In this document: positions 41,901 to 51,900 of the stretch, in pieces | Numbering within the stretch: the stretch's first letter is position 1 | Layout of the letters: every line of letters begins with the position of its first letter | Assembly (NCBI GenBank): GCA_002633005.1 | Contig: NMRA01000052.1 | Coordinates: forward strand, 274,613-338,612 | Direction of reading: 5' to 3' | Length of the DNA: 64,000 nucleotides | Origin: Phoronis australis | Taxonomy: Eukaryota; Animalia; Phoronida | Program-made: the position numbers and the translations under genes | Notes under the pieces: generated by a model | What the model was told of the DNA's origin: nothing | The model's input: only the letters and a program-made list of their open reading frames with translations | The model's database searches: none

Positions 41901-43380
41901 AGCATGGAAACAAAAGTGTGTCAAGAATACTGCATTCTGATTGGTCAATTCAGCCATCACTCAAAGTCCTGGCGATAGGTCAATTGGTCCATCGTTCATT
42001 CATGCCCTTAGATGTTCAGTTTTACTATTTACGAACTCTTTCAGTCTATTCATTTCTTTTTGTATTTAGTCTTTTGTGGCAGTGCTGGACAGGGCAGGGT
42101 CCCTGGTACTCAATCTTCAGTCTGTCTTCTTGTTTGCTTTCATCTTTAACTCTACACATGGAACAAACAGGTGAGGTCTTAAATGCTATCGCTCAAATCA
42201 TATATCTTTGAGCATTACAGTGAAATCTTACAAATTTAGGACACAATATGGCCAACAAGGGAAAATTTATTTTACTGGCCTCTTTTGGAATTGAGGATTA
42301 ATAGCACAGAGTTAAGCCTTTGCCATTTTTAGGTTCTGTTCCATAGATAATATTTTTAAAATATGATGGCACTTTCAACAATGTTTGGTCTTGAAAAAGC
42401 TATTTTGGAAATTATTTGTGTGCGAAATGGGTGAGTTTTTTTTCTGTTTGCCTTCATCTGTGAAAGACATTGGTGTTTAGTGAGTGTGAGTCTATGACCT
42501 GTTGGTAGGGTTAATGATAACCACAGTCTTGAACTCCTCATGCCCCGGTTGAAAATTAATTATAGGTTTTTATTAAGGAGACGACGGCACCTGTGGCGTC
42601 TCCTAGTGACAATTTGGCTTTCATTGATGTATGCTTCTATGCTTATCTTGTTCGTTGATGGATGTTTACGAAATTTTGGCAGTTGAATTTCTATCGAGGA
42701 GACGAAAGCACCTACTTGTTTCAAGCAGATCTGACTTATTCCGCACCCCCAAGTGGCCTTTTTGTTATTTTTGTGTATTTTTGCTCTTCGCCTCCCCATC
42801 CGCTAAACGGGCCGGAAAAATGTAAATTGCAGCAAGTGTGTACTTATTGAAGAGAGCATTACTGGTGTTGATTTTCAAGGAGGTTTGACTACTGTAGCGC
42901 CCACTAGTGGCGATTTATTTTTGTCTTTCTCAAATATAACTACTAAGTTTTTTTGATATACAGATGTGATCCTATAGAGTTGGGCATGGCTGCAGCAGCC
43001 CATAGTTGGAGCAATTTTCTGCTCCTTCTTCAAAGTTCAGCAAGTTGTTAGGCAGATCCTTATGTTGTTTGGCATGTGAGTTCTTACTGAGGAAATCAGG
43101 GATGCTCCCTCTGCTGGGAATATTTAAAATAATGATCCTTCATATTTGGGTGCGTATCAGCCTTCTGGTAGCTCCTGTTGTTTTAGAGTGTTTCTTAAAA
43201 TTGCAGATTTTCTTTTACAGAGAGCTTCAAATACCACTGCCTCTTCCTAATTGGGTATACCATTTACAGTATACTATCCCGCTGTATTTTGGATTCGCCG
43301 TCGTCTACGATATTTACATCTGGATCGCTGAATCTGTCAGTAATCATCAAAACACGGGTCTCAACAGCACAGTGACTTAA
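13847..43380 (+). CDS. Uncharacterised multi-pass amino acid permease-like protein (APC superfamily, Aa_trans / Trp-Tyr permease-like), 523 aa, 14 coding exons
   Basis: join(13847..13937,23362..23435,25677..25742,26780..26843,28276..28396,28728..28793,33719..33842,36632..36855,37799..37936,38923..39080,39739..39853,41137..41206,42070..42170,43221..43380) = 1572 nt, open frame, GT-AG. TM1 motif ATILGTGILGLP resembles the permease (T/N)xxGxGxLxLP signature; about 11 hydrophobic segments. Confidence 0.88.
15055..15128. mobile_element. MITE family A, internally deleted copy
   Basis: ttgacctatcacaagctccacccc...aaatcctgatgataggtcaatt; both ends kept. Confidence 0.75.
15727..16385. mobile_element. 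Non-autonomous hAT-like element with ~85-bp imperfect TIRs and two diverged ~270-bp internal units
   Basis: tagggtcgggatcta...aaactcaagataa versus ttgtcttgagctt...tagactccaggccctg; flanks agtggaac / agtggcac (7 of 8 match). Confidence 0.62.
16620..16825 (-). mobile_element. Degenerate tRNA-derived SINE-like element
   Basis: Minus-strand B-box GGTTCGAGTC (16784-16775) followed by ..cccttgagtcagg..gaaatggatccagg. Confidence 0.4.
17515..18800 (+). mobile_element. Helentron/HINE-like non-autonomous element with ~290-bp internal direct repeat
   Basis: 5' hairpin tacttggcgaaat-tt-atttcgccaagta; ccgattttcacgaaattt motif; repeats at about 17827-18120 and 18483-18776. Confidence 0.62.
20297..20809. 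mobile_element. Foldback element whose arms are built of ~21-bp subrepeats (gcttaatcaacgtgtagtttt)
   Basis: acgagtacctttc..ttgaaatg versus catttcaa..gaaaggtacttgt; tandem units at about 20325-20480, mirrored at 20700-20790. Confidence 0.7.
20847..22792 (-). mobile_element. Decayed hAT (Tip100-like) DNA transposon
   Basis: TIRs cagtgggggatctacg / cgtagatccgccactg (1 mismatch in 16); internal transposase remnant; two Ns inside (22457, 22767). Confidence 0.75.
21738..22004 (-). pseudogene. hAT transposase fragment (ZMYM1/THAP12-like) with internal stop
   Basis: LGNLKGLSIN*AAKRDADIVEAYKLIDRALDEVQALGTNIEDIWVEWFQ...IPRQSRQQKDRTNV* resembles the ..LS..LQ...DI..A....F.....PR...RQ..R.N segment of this hAT group. 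Confidence 0.7.
23362..23435 (+). CDS. permease coding exon 2
   Basis: GLPVTLSDAGIYPFLVTFILSYLLQ; tttcag / gtaag. Confidence 0.88.
23893..23926 (+). repeat. (GCAC)n(AC)n microsatellite
   Basis: tgcacgcacgcacgcacgcacacacacacacaca. Confidence 0.85.
25150..25249. mobile_element. Small Tc1/mariner-type MITE remnant
   Basis: ctcgcgggttaacgccc / gggcattaacccgcgag inverted pair ending tttactg-TA. Confidence 0.55.
25677..25742 (+). CDS. permease coding exon 3
   Basis: VVQVVFITDLLQRVHALQLQEL; ttgcag / gtaagc. Confidence 0.85.
26376..26578. mobile_element. PIF/Harbinger-like MITE
   Basis: ggcccattccaagaaa ... tttcttagaacgggcc terminal inverted repeats. Confidence 0.55.
26780..26843 (+). CDS. permease coding exon 4 (acidic loop)
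   Basis: KTEKSESLPLKDLEGFASDDD; supplies the phase 0-to-1 change needed between exons 3 and 5. Confidence 0.72.
26861..27110 (+). repeat. 3 x ~84-bp tandem repeat
   Basis: ttttttgttaccRaggtttcYtttgatttc..taaattgYattcaaac..tttata.cata.ccact unit repeated three times. Confidence 0.88.
27232..27479. mobile_element. MITE family B (pogo/Tigger-like TIR CRGTAAAATCTCACCAATTT), degenerate copy
   Basis: Inverted ends similar to 45290-45504 and 63491-63716. Confidence 0.55.
28276..28396 (+). CDS. permease coding exon 5
   Basis: SSNSDGKTKKIMEPNLYLLGYLFLGPILRYLFYLLLFLN; donor GTAAGT. Confidence 0.87.
28728..28793 (+). CDS. permease coding exon 6
   Basis: VTYGISYALAGSQAYGEVINT; donor GTAAGT. Confidence 0.88.
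29211..33195 (+). repeat. ~1.7-kb direct duplication across a 19-N gap (29211-30929 / 31520-33195); probable uncollapsed haplotypes
   Basis: Colinear copies with scattered SNPs and short indels; copy B starts immediately after the N run at 31501-31519. Confidence 0.9.
30925..31500 (+). mobile_element. Helentron-associated (HINE/DINE-1-like) element, cut by the gap
   Basis: Starts in a T run; hairpin atgcgcccacata-ttta-tatgtggacgcat; (CCGT)n microsatellite; repeated gcgccNcctagtggc units. Confidence 0.75.
33190..33628 (-). mobile_element. 5'-truncated L1/Tx1-type LINE insertion
   Basis: Minus ORF 33633-33310 (..VIFG..KNIVLLLGKQFIYTHK..EKY..KRW) typical of the ORF2 C-terminus; AATAAA and A-tail; TSD gacaattttt at 33185 and 33629. 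Confidence 0.82.
33719..33842 (+). CDS. permease coding exon 7
   Basis: MLYVLPVFVWVLSLLIVFAFFLVQPIVSVLTFAKGALLLGT. Confidence 0.9.
36632..36855 (+). CDS. permease coding exon 8
   Basis: VIVTFIVGTTVHQDIDNNFSYIGAPFLMGTVALGGVVSTMPMIYGK...TTCTVLNIL. Confidence 0.9.
37200..37294 (+). repeat. Minisatellite, 6 x 16 bp (ggggaaggacattatt)
   Basis: Direct reading; one substitution in copy 2. Confidence 0.95.
37799..37936 (+). CDS. permease coding exon 9
   Basis: CWAVLDIVPQKPITCSQ...FCTMNVSLS; weaker donor GTTTGT but phase-consistent. Confidence 0.82.
37955..38792 (+). mobile_element. Degenerate Helentron/HINE-like element
   Basis: ttttatg start; gcggatcaagacgaaaatt and ggcacctcctgttggcag motifs shared with 30925-31500. 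Confidence 0.5.
38923..39080 (+). CDS. permease coding exon 10
   Basis: SVANGEISTVPLSRVIKERYPKYSWVAWAVEVFIMVSITVSYLVMGATLHHT. Confidence 0.9.
39739..39853 (+). CDS. permease coding exon 11
   Basis: GGWVDNLMDDEEKALPTSRKLGRCIEWCYSIVMRYRK; phase 1 to 2. Confidence 0.8.
41137..41206 (+). CDS. permease coding exon 12
   Basis: LATTLISLATFAVIYGVAGLNPK. Confidence 0.87.
41807..41985. mobile_element. MITE family A copy 2
   Basis: aattgacctattgcaagctccgcc...gataggtcaatt; aligns over its length to 2616-2794. Confidence 0.85.
42070..42170 (+). CDS. permease coding exon 13
   Basis: SFVAVLDRAGSLVLNLQSVFLFAFIFNSTHGTN; donor GTGAGG. Confidence 0.86.
42567..42930 (+). mobile_element. Degenerate Helentron/HINE-like fragment
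   Basis: ttttatt start, aggagacg..cgtctcct hairpin, ggatgtttacgaaattt, gactactgtagcgcccactagtggc. Confidence 0.48.
43221..43380 (+). CDS. permease terminal coding exon 14
   Basis: ELQIPLPLPNWVYHLQYTIPLYFGFAVVYDIYIWIAESV...STVT*; stop TAA. Confidence 0.87.
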
Positions 43381-45289
43381 CTGGGTGGAAGTATCACACA
43401 TTGTGTATAATGATTATTTAGAGACTGCTAAGTATATTTATGTACTCTTGTGTTGTTTCGTAACATTAGTGCAATCATGTATTATTAAGCACTTCTTGAA
43501 GAATCAAAATAGCTGCGTCTTCTGTCGAAACCAATTTTCGATTTAGACCACTTGTTGTAAATTATAAAATCTGCCTCGTCTTGTTCCTTGCTCATGTTAG
43601 AAGTTATTTCTGCCCTTGTGAAGAACAGACAAACTGTCATTGCTTTAGGCCAGGCCTGTTAAGTTGCTTGCCACAGCGAGTTGGTGGCGGAGGCAGTACG
43701 ACCCTCATGAGAATACAGACGATATATTATATGATATATTGTATTTTTGTATGATATATTGTATGATATATTTTGTGATATTGTATGATATATTGTAACC
43801 AGTTGCAATTTGAAGTAAGGATAAGAAGTCCAAATATGCTTGTGAAAAGAAATTAATGTTTTTAACATCAAAACAAGGTTTATTGTAACTTAAAAGCCAC
43901 AGAACCACCAACACTGACCTTTATGCTGTTAAATATGTAGGAGCAGCTCCACCAAGTGTTCAAGTATGTGACCATCCTATTCCCCAGTATACGAACAACC
44001 TTGTTGATTTGGTGTGTAAATGTTGTTACCTGTGCGTGCCATTTTATTAGTGAGTTCAGTTCAGCAATAACATCTCTTTCAACTGACACCATTTTTGGTA
44101 AAGAACAAATGAATGTTGAGACCAATTTTTATGAAAAGTCAGTGGTCCAATTGTATGGTTGGTTTTAACTTACATCGAAAGTAGTCAGCAGTGAGCATTG
44201 CCTTTAAATGTGAAACATTGACGTTGATGTATATAATCATTGTTGTATTTATTGTATACAGTTGTAGTATCCAAGACCATAACAATATCAAGAACATGCG
44301 CAAGACTGTTAGTTACTTTAAATGGAACTTGCAGGTTAATTCCTTATCTCTGTGATTGCTTGACCAGATTAGTTAGAAACACAACATGTAGTGACGATGT
44401 GAGTTTGAAGTAGGTTGAAAATTGCCATATTTTTTAAGAACTAGTTTTGTGGCGAAAACGATCCAATACAAATCACTGAACAGTGTCAAGCAAGTATCAT
44501 GATGTGGTGCTGAGGAATAACACCGCATCCTGTGGGCTGTGTGAGCCCGTGAGGTGCGCCATAAGTTCAAAGGTCCCTTATTTGTGGAACTTTTTGTTTT
44601 CACATTTACAAGTTGTCAATGATTTAAACTGCACTTTGTTTAGTGTAGATTATGTTAAAACAGCCTTGTTGTTTAGCTCCTGTTATACATTAGCATGCAA
44701 ATAGCTTGCCTGCTATGCATCAATCTGTTAAGCAACTTTTAGTTTATTGTACTTCTAAAATGTTCCTAGCAAGACTGCACTGCTGTTTGTCTTATTCATG
44801 TTGCTGTTGGTTAAACTGCAGTGCACCTCTCATTACAAATTGTGCGATTAAATCATGTGATTGCTGCAGATGGGACAAGTTGGACTGCTTGCAATTAAGA
44901 CCAAGTTACCATATTAGGAAATTAGTCTGCAATTGTGTCAACAGATGTCTCTTCTAATGTTGTATTTTTAAAAAACAACAGTTTTGTTGCATTTTATTTT
45001 GGCAGCAACAGTTACAGAAAAATATCTTTGTTATTGTCTGGTCTCCTGTTCTAATTGTGTAGTTGAGTTGAAATGCATTCCTCCTGTAATAACTTCAAGT
45101 TTTATGCATCTTCATTGTTAACGTCATTTTACACCAACCTGGTATTGTCGGATTTAGTGAACGTGACCTTGACTTTGTGTTTTGGTAGAAATTAGAGTCT
45201 AGAAAATGCCCCCTCTACATAATTGTTATTTCTACATGTACTGTGTATTGGTGACCAATTATTGGAACTGTTACATTTTGATATGAATC

Positions 45290-45504
45290 TGGTAAAATCT
45301 CATCAATCTCAGACAGCTGTAATTGCCAAAATTTATCTTTTTCATTTTTCCAATAACTAAAATTGTGGGAAAGGCCGCGATTTCTCTAAGCATTGTCCTG
45401 TGTTATTTAAGCATTTATTTAGGTACTTCTTATCTTTTATGGGAAATAAAGAAAAAAATTCACTTGTCCATCATAGTGTGTCCTAAATTGGTGAAATTTT
45501 ACAA
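45290..45504. mobile_element. MITE family B copy (in or just after the permease 3' UTR)
   Basis: ggtaaaatctcatcaatctcagaca ... tgtcctaaattggtgaaattttac. Confidence 0.62.
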
Positions 45505-47000
45505 TATTTGTGGTGAACTGTGAACCCCGATCTCGTTTTGCTTGCTCTTCATCATTTTTTGTCCCTGAAGTTGTAGTTTGTGTTGCACAGTTGTTGTTGT
45601 TGTTGTTTGGATTAATCATTTTGTTTGCATTTCAGTGAATGCTTTTTATGTTAAGATCTGATGAATCATCCACCTTCACATTTGGTGGGAAGACATTATT
45701 GTGGTTTGTGGTAAATATCAAAGGGAAAAGGTGTATTATTTTTAAGGTACTATAAAAGAATGTTATCTGTAATTTTAGTTTTAAATAAATTATTCCTATT
45801 TTATTTTACACAAGGTTTCTTGCTTTTTCATTTGAAATTCATTCTATTATTCATTTACACCTTTTAAGACTTACAATATGGCGCTAGGAACCATAACCAA
45901 TATGGCCCTCCATAACCATAAAAGATTATGTAGGACCATATGGGCAATTCTTTGTATTTTGCCTAATATCTACAAAACCATAGATTTTAATTCCCTAAAG
46001 GTTATGTTTTCTGAATGTAGAAAGCCTGTAGAATTGGGTTTCTGACTTTTCACCAATGTGCCATTAATTGGGTCTCGGCTTGACCACGTCTTTAATAAAA
46101 TTTAGCAAACAAGAAAACTAGGTGAATTGATAACATTGTTTTAAGTGTTCAAGACAAAATCTCAGATAGGTATTACGCAACTTCTGATTTTTTTCTTGAA
46201 TATTATTCAAACCCTATAACGTCCCTCTCACAAAAGTGGGATGTTTTAAAAAATAATTCCTAATAGTGTGTTGAAAAACAGGGTTTGACACACGGTATCT
46301 GGAAGGGTCCTGTGAATCCCCTTCAGCCATTTCCAAAGATAACTCTTTTTCAAGAGTACTGCATAACCTCGGTTTCCTTTGGACAATCATAGTACTGCAC
46401 TCGTTTTGAAAACTATATGGAATACCAAACGGACGATCAAGGAGACAGTATTAGAGATAATATGGAGTTTCACACCTGTACTGGAAGTAAATCGAGTTGG
46501 TAGTTGCTGGGACATGTAAAGGTCATGGCTGGTGAGACTTTAAATTACTGTGTATGCTTATTATGACAACCCTTCAGATTTAGTCGATTTTTGTCTAGTT
46601 CATATGAAATACTTTGATTCTGTTGGATCGTAGTTATGGGAGTTTTCATGTGATAAATGTAAAGTCGCCTTGTGATGTTTTACTTCGCAAACAAAATAAT
46701 AAACACCTGTCTACAGGTATAGTTCATTTTGAAAAAAATCTCGATGACGGTCGTTGAATAGCACTGACGTCATTGACGCCCCGGCTTCATCGTCTGAAGC
46801 GGTGGCCAGGTCTCTACACTGTGACGTAGTGGTAGTCGTAAAGGATTTTGTATCCTTTGTATTCAATCATCAGAATGGCAAACAAGTGGTTCAGAAGTCT
46901 CCACCACTCCTCCCTAGTTGAAGGAAAGTCCGAGCAGAATCGGCGGCGAACGTGCTCTGTCACCGATCGAGAGTCGTACACGAATTTTAGATCGAAATCG

Positions 47001-47175
47001 CAGCGGTCAGATTTAACTGAGGGGGGCCGGTGGCAAAGGGGCCATGCCCCCCGCTCTAAAATTCTCTCAGATTCCATTTGGCGGTTTGGGGGTGCGAATG
47101 CCTGACGGGCAAAATCCTGGTTAATATTCTGCCCTGGCCCACCGTCCCGAACTCAAAATCCTGGATCCGCCTCTG
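47001..47175. mobile_element. Small GC-rich hAT-type MITE
   Basis: ggggggcc..ggggccatgcccccc body and ..aaaatcctggatccgcctctg end, similar to the TIR at 22777-22792. Confidence 0.55.
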
Positions 47176-48107
47176 GATCGTGTCGAATACAATTAACCGT
47201 CTCAGTATACGACAGTCGGTTAAAAATACGTGCGTTTCACAGGCAGGGATTTTAAAAACGGTCGGTCGGTTTTTCCCTTTCAAGATTCCCCCGAATAATA
47301 ATCAAACAGCGCGTAGTTGGTCGGTGACGAACACTAACACCACAGGTACCAGTGGTCAAGGTACACGTACTCTAGACTTGATAAGGTAATTTGAGGAACA
47401 GAAATACAATTATTTGCATGTTGGCAATGTCTTAAAAACTATACATAGCACGGGTTTGAAAATTTCAATATTTTGTGAAAAGCCGCGTGTTCTTCAACCG
47501 AATTTGAACAATTTGCCTAGATCGGGTGTTGCATTTTGGAGACATACTAGGCCTATGGTGGTTAATCCAGTCTCAGACTGGAATGCCGGTACAGTTCCGA
47601 GTCCACTTACACATTTCAGCACACCCTAGTCACATGCAATTCAGTCGTCGTTATGTTTTCCTACGGCTGGTCAAGGACTTTGCCTAGGGGTGGCCAACAT
47701 GCACTCCGGTTTTCAAAGGTAACATATGTTCGCGCAAAACCTAAAAACCGGTATTTTTTAAGTTTGTGGTCGTGTCTACAAGGGGCGAGGCACCAGCTCT
47801 CCTAAATCGCTCTGTTTAAGCCGTAAATTAAAACAAAGATAAAATCTTACAAGACCGTCTGTCACTTACAACTTCTCAGTTTCTGACTCTTAATAATCAT
47901 TCTTTTTACTAAATTTTACTAAAAAGATATTATGTGACCCAATTCATGTCAGATTGGTAGAAAGTAAATAAATCAAATTCTACCTGAAAATATATACTTT
48001 CATCATTGAGTTAAAATCTATAATTTTGCAGATATTTGGCTAAACACGCAGACTTGTCTGTGAAAGATGACGTAGCCTTTACAAGAAGATGTTGTCTTAT
48101 GCCATTT

Positions 48108-48278
48108 AACTACGCCTGTTTCGTCTGATAATCTTGTTAACTTCTATCACTATTAGAAATTTACAAAAATGTCAAAACAAAAAATTGTTAACCTAGAACC
48201 CGAAACTACGCCTGTTTCGTCTGGTAATCTTGTTAACTCCAATCACTATTAGAAATTTACAAAAATGTCAAAACAAAA
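48108..48278 (+). repeat. 2 x ~74-bp direct repeat upstream of COPS6
   Basis: aactacgcctgtttcgtctg...tgtcaaaacaaa at 48108 and 48204. Confidence 0.9.
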
Positions 48279-48770
48279 TTATTCGATTCAGTCTCCTTTA
48301 CCCGCTAGATCCCGATATTAGCATAAGCGAATTCTCTGATGATGTCAGTAAAATTATTGCCTGTTGATGACAGAGTTGATTTTCTGAAGTCACGTCTGAT
48401 ACACAGGTATTACAAAAGGCTCCCATCTCGTCGGCTAATACCTCACTGAGTCAGCCAAAGTGGTGGACGCTCTTCCATCAGTTATGCCGTAGGAAGTGGG
48501 GGTAGGGGGGTTAGCGCGAGCGTCCACTCAACCAAAATATGGGTGGAGATAGGTTCCCCCAATATTCGGGTGTATCAATTAATTAGCAATTACTTATTAA
48601 AAGTTTCGACACGCAAACAATTTCTCTGACACTGATACAAGGCATGGGCATTGAATTCTGACACCAGATGGCGCTTTAAGTTTACGAAAGTGTGGTTCGA
48701 AACAAGAAAGTAACTTTACGTTGAAACACAGTGGGCTTTTTCCGACAGCTTTTCGGTTGTTCGGCTCACC

Positions 48771-48927
48771 ATGGCCACAAATATGGAAGTTGATAGTTCT
48801 CATACCGGTGTTATGGCTTCGACAGGAGTTACAGGGAGTATATCAGTATCTTTGCACCCTTTAGTAATCATGAATATATCGGAACATTGGACGCGAACTC
48901 GGGCGCAACTTGGAAAATCTTCTCAGG
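48771..48927 (+). CDS. COPS6: COPS6 exon 1
   Basis: caccATGG Kozak context; MATNMEVD...[19 protein letters not shown]; donor GTAAGT. Confidence 0.95.
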
Positions 48928-51900
48928 GTAAGTTAAAGACTGATAGTGACACCTATCGGCTGTTTGCGGGACATCGTTAAGATCCTCAATGTCGATGGAC
49001 AAATGAATTTCTATGGACCAAAATGCTCACTCAATAATACATTTTTCTCTCTCCCGCTCCCCCCCCCCCCCCCCCCCCNAACTTTGGAGCCTGACGAAAA
49101 TAGGTAACCGGACGATAAGTGTTGTGTGCTCCATGTTTCGAATTGAGACTGCGAGCCTTACCTGATTACTCTATGGCGGTTGGTCAGTTTATACGAATAT
49201 GGGGCAATATACACAATAGATCTACTGATTACACCACAGATCCAATACACATCTTGACTTCAACGGCAGGAGATTCGTAGTGTCAAACTGTAGCGACCGA
49301 TGTCTGAGCCACACACCAGGTGTCGCTCTCCGCAAATGGAGCAGCTCTCCATCGCTCTCTGACAGTTAGCGTTGTACTCCGACAAGACTAAGGTCGTGTG
49401 CCACTCTAGTCACGCAACACTGCCCCCCCCCTCCCCGCTTCCTCTTGCCCTCCCACCCCCCATCTCCCTCCCTCTGATTCTGAATCCTCTGCCCAAACCA
49501 ATAAGGACCTTAACAAATATACCATTCTTTTACATCAATACATATTTTATATAAAGGAATTGAAAAACAATATGTCTAATTTATTTAATTCATCACATGG
49601 TTTCTACTCATGCAGGTAAATTTGTGTGTTTTTTATTCTAATGTTCTAATTTTAAAGCGGCTATTAACTGGCGTTTCATCCAAGAAGCAAACTTTTGATT
49701 TTGTCCAAGAAACGATTCTTAAGTTGATTAAGATCACTTACCCTCTTAAATCGGTTTCATCTTATTTTTACTCAGATGCAAAGAGGTTTTTTGGTTTGAA
49801 GAACTGACTGTTCGTATATTCTTTGAAACCATGCTCAGCGGGGAAACAGTGATTCAAGCCAAATTATGGAGCCTAGTCTCGAGCAATGTAAGGAACTGCC
49901 AGTAATTCTTTGAAAGCCTTGAAATCACAGCAAATTAGACTAAGGAACAATATGAGACCGATTTCATAACTGTACTAAGTGGTCTAAGTCAGATCTTGTT
50001 TTTGTAACGGAAAGTTTGTTAATTGTAGTTGCTTTTAGTACTAAAAATGTCTGCGTAAACCCATCTTGGTCTTTTGCAGGGGGGGGGGGGCTAAGCCACA
50101 GTGCCGTCCTCCATTTTCCTCTGATGAATTTTGATATTTGTCTTGGAATGAATTGGCAATGATCATAAACCTGTTCAAGATTTTCCCTTTGCATATAGAT
50201 CTGCATCAATGTTTGTTACAGTATTGGGCGCTTTAATTGGGAAACAGAAAGGACGGCACCTGGAAGTGATGAACTCATTCGAACTTGTCTTCGATGTAGT
50301 GGAAGGAGATATAATTATTGACAAGGAATACTATAATACGAAAGAAGAGCAGTGTGAGTCAACTGAATTGATAGGCAACGTTGCCTGTGTCAGAGCTGAA
50401 AGGCAACTTTGTGTGTCAGAGTGTGCCATTTTGTAAACTGCCAACGCAGCCACCTTTGTCAATTTCCTGTGTCAAAATTGATGTCAGTTTTAATGTTGAC
50501 CGATTGTATAATTAATTCAGTTTTGAACCGATTTGTAACAAATGGCTGTTGGTGATGGCTGAGGTTATTATAATTGTTAATATAGGCTAATATTGTAAAC
50601 CCGCGCTCCGTCAAAAATAGCGCTGATTTTGATGAGTGACAGTACTGAAACTGGTCTCAACTTATGCCATGTTGTGATTTTTGGGCTTCAAAAGAAGTTA
50701 GGATTTGTTTGCTGTTTCGTAAGACCAAGTTTGCTGCATAAATTGTGCTGCCATGACAAACTGAAATATTGAGTCAAAGGTATCAATGATCTGTCAGTTT
50801 CACCGAGCTTAGAAATCATTTCAAGTTCGAACAAGGACATATTTGAGACCAGCTTTGCAATTGCAAGTGGCCTGATCTTGGTAAGTGGTTGGAGCCAAAA
50901 GATATTTTTTGATGGAATGTAGGTTTACAGCAGTATTCATGAATCTGTCCCGAGACCTTAGTTTAAAAATGACTAAGCATTTGATTCATACATTTTCAGT
51001 CTGAAGAACCCCACATCAACTTAAAATTCCATACTGTCTGTTTTAATTTAAAAACACATCATCAAATGATGAGTCTGTGTGTACAAATATTCCAAACTGT
51101 TTCATTTCCGCAGAGCTTCGACGTGCATTTTATAGTCAAGAGTTATGTCATGTCATTTTTCCTTGTCAGAAGTCTATAATTATCACTTTGTTTCTCCTGT
51201 GTCAGTCAAACAGGTGTTTAAAGACTTGGATTTCCTGGGCTGGTATACCACTGGTGACTCTCCCAATGAAAGTGATATCAAAGTTCACCAACAGGTGGGT
51301 GAGAGTCATAATATCTGCAGGATTGTTACTGCTATACTCTACACTAGATCTGTTCCACATGCGTATCTATTTGTAATAGCTAGCAAATTGTACAGGGATG
51401 GAAACTTGACTTGCCCAATTGAAAACTGTTTATTGGTTTGTGTTGCAATAAAGACCGCAACTTTTTCCTCATGCTTGCTTACATAATAATCCATAATAAA
51501 AATTACAAAATTTGAAACATTGAAAGAGCCCATCCTTCAATGAGGAATTCTTCCAATTATGTTTTGTTTTCATCTCCCTGTAAATGGATTTCTTCAACTT
51601 TTTTGAAAAATTCAAAAGTTTACGCTAGCCGTTAACCCCTCCTCTACCTAGCATGGGCTTTGTAAGATTTTGAAAATTTTGTTTATTCTGCAGGCAAGGT
51701 CATAACTCAAGTTGTTGCTAGACTGGAAATGAAAATATGTTTCTCATGTTCTCAAGTTGTTAATTTTTTTGGATACAAGTTCTGTGCTAATTCTCTATGG
51801 AACTTTAGGTACACTCAAATTATGTCCTGTGAAAAGATTTACACTCATTTTTTCCTAAAAAGCAGTGTTGAGAAACAGGTCAGGTCCCTGGGTGTAAAAC

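Noticed and set aside
45860-46700. Possible decayed coding or TE region between the permease and COPS6
   Set aside because: No frame gave a recognisable motif; cannot be supported without a database search.
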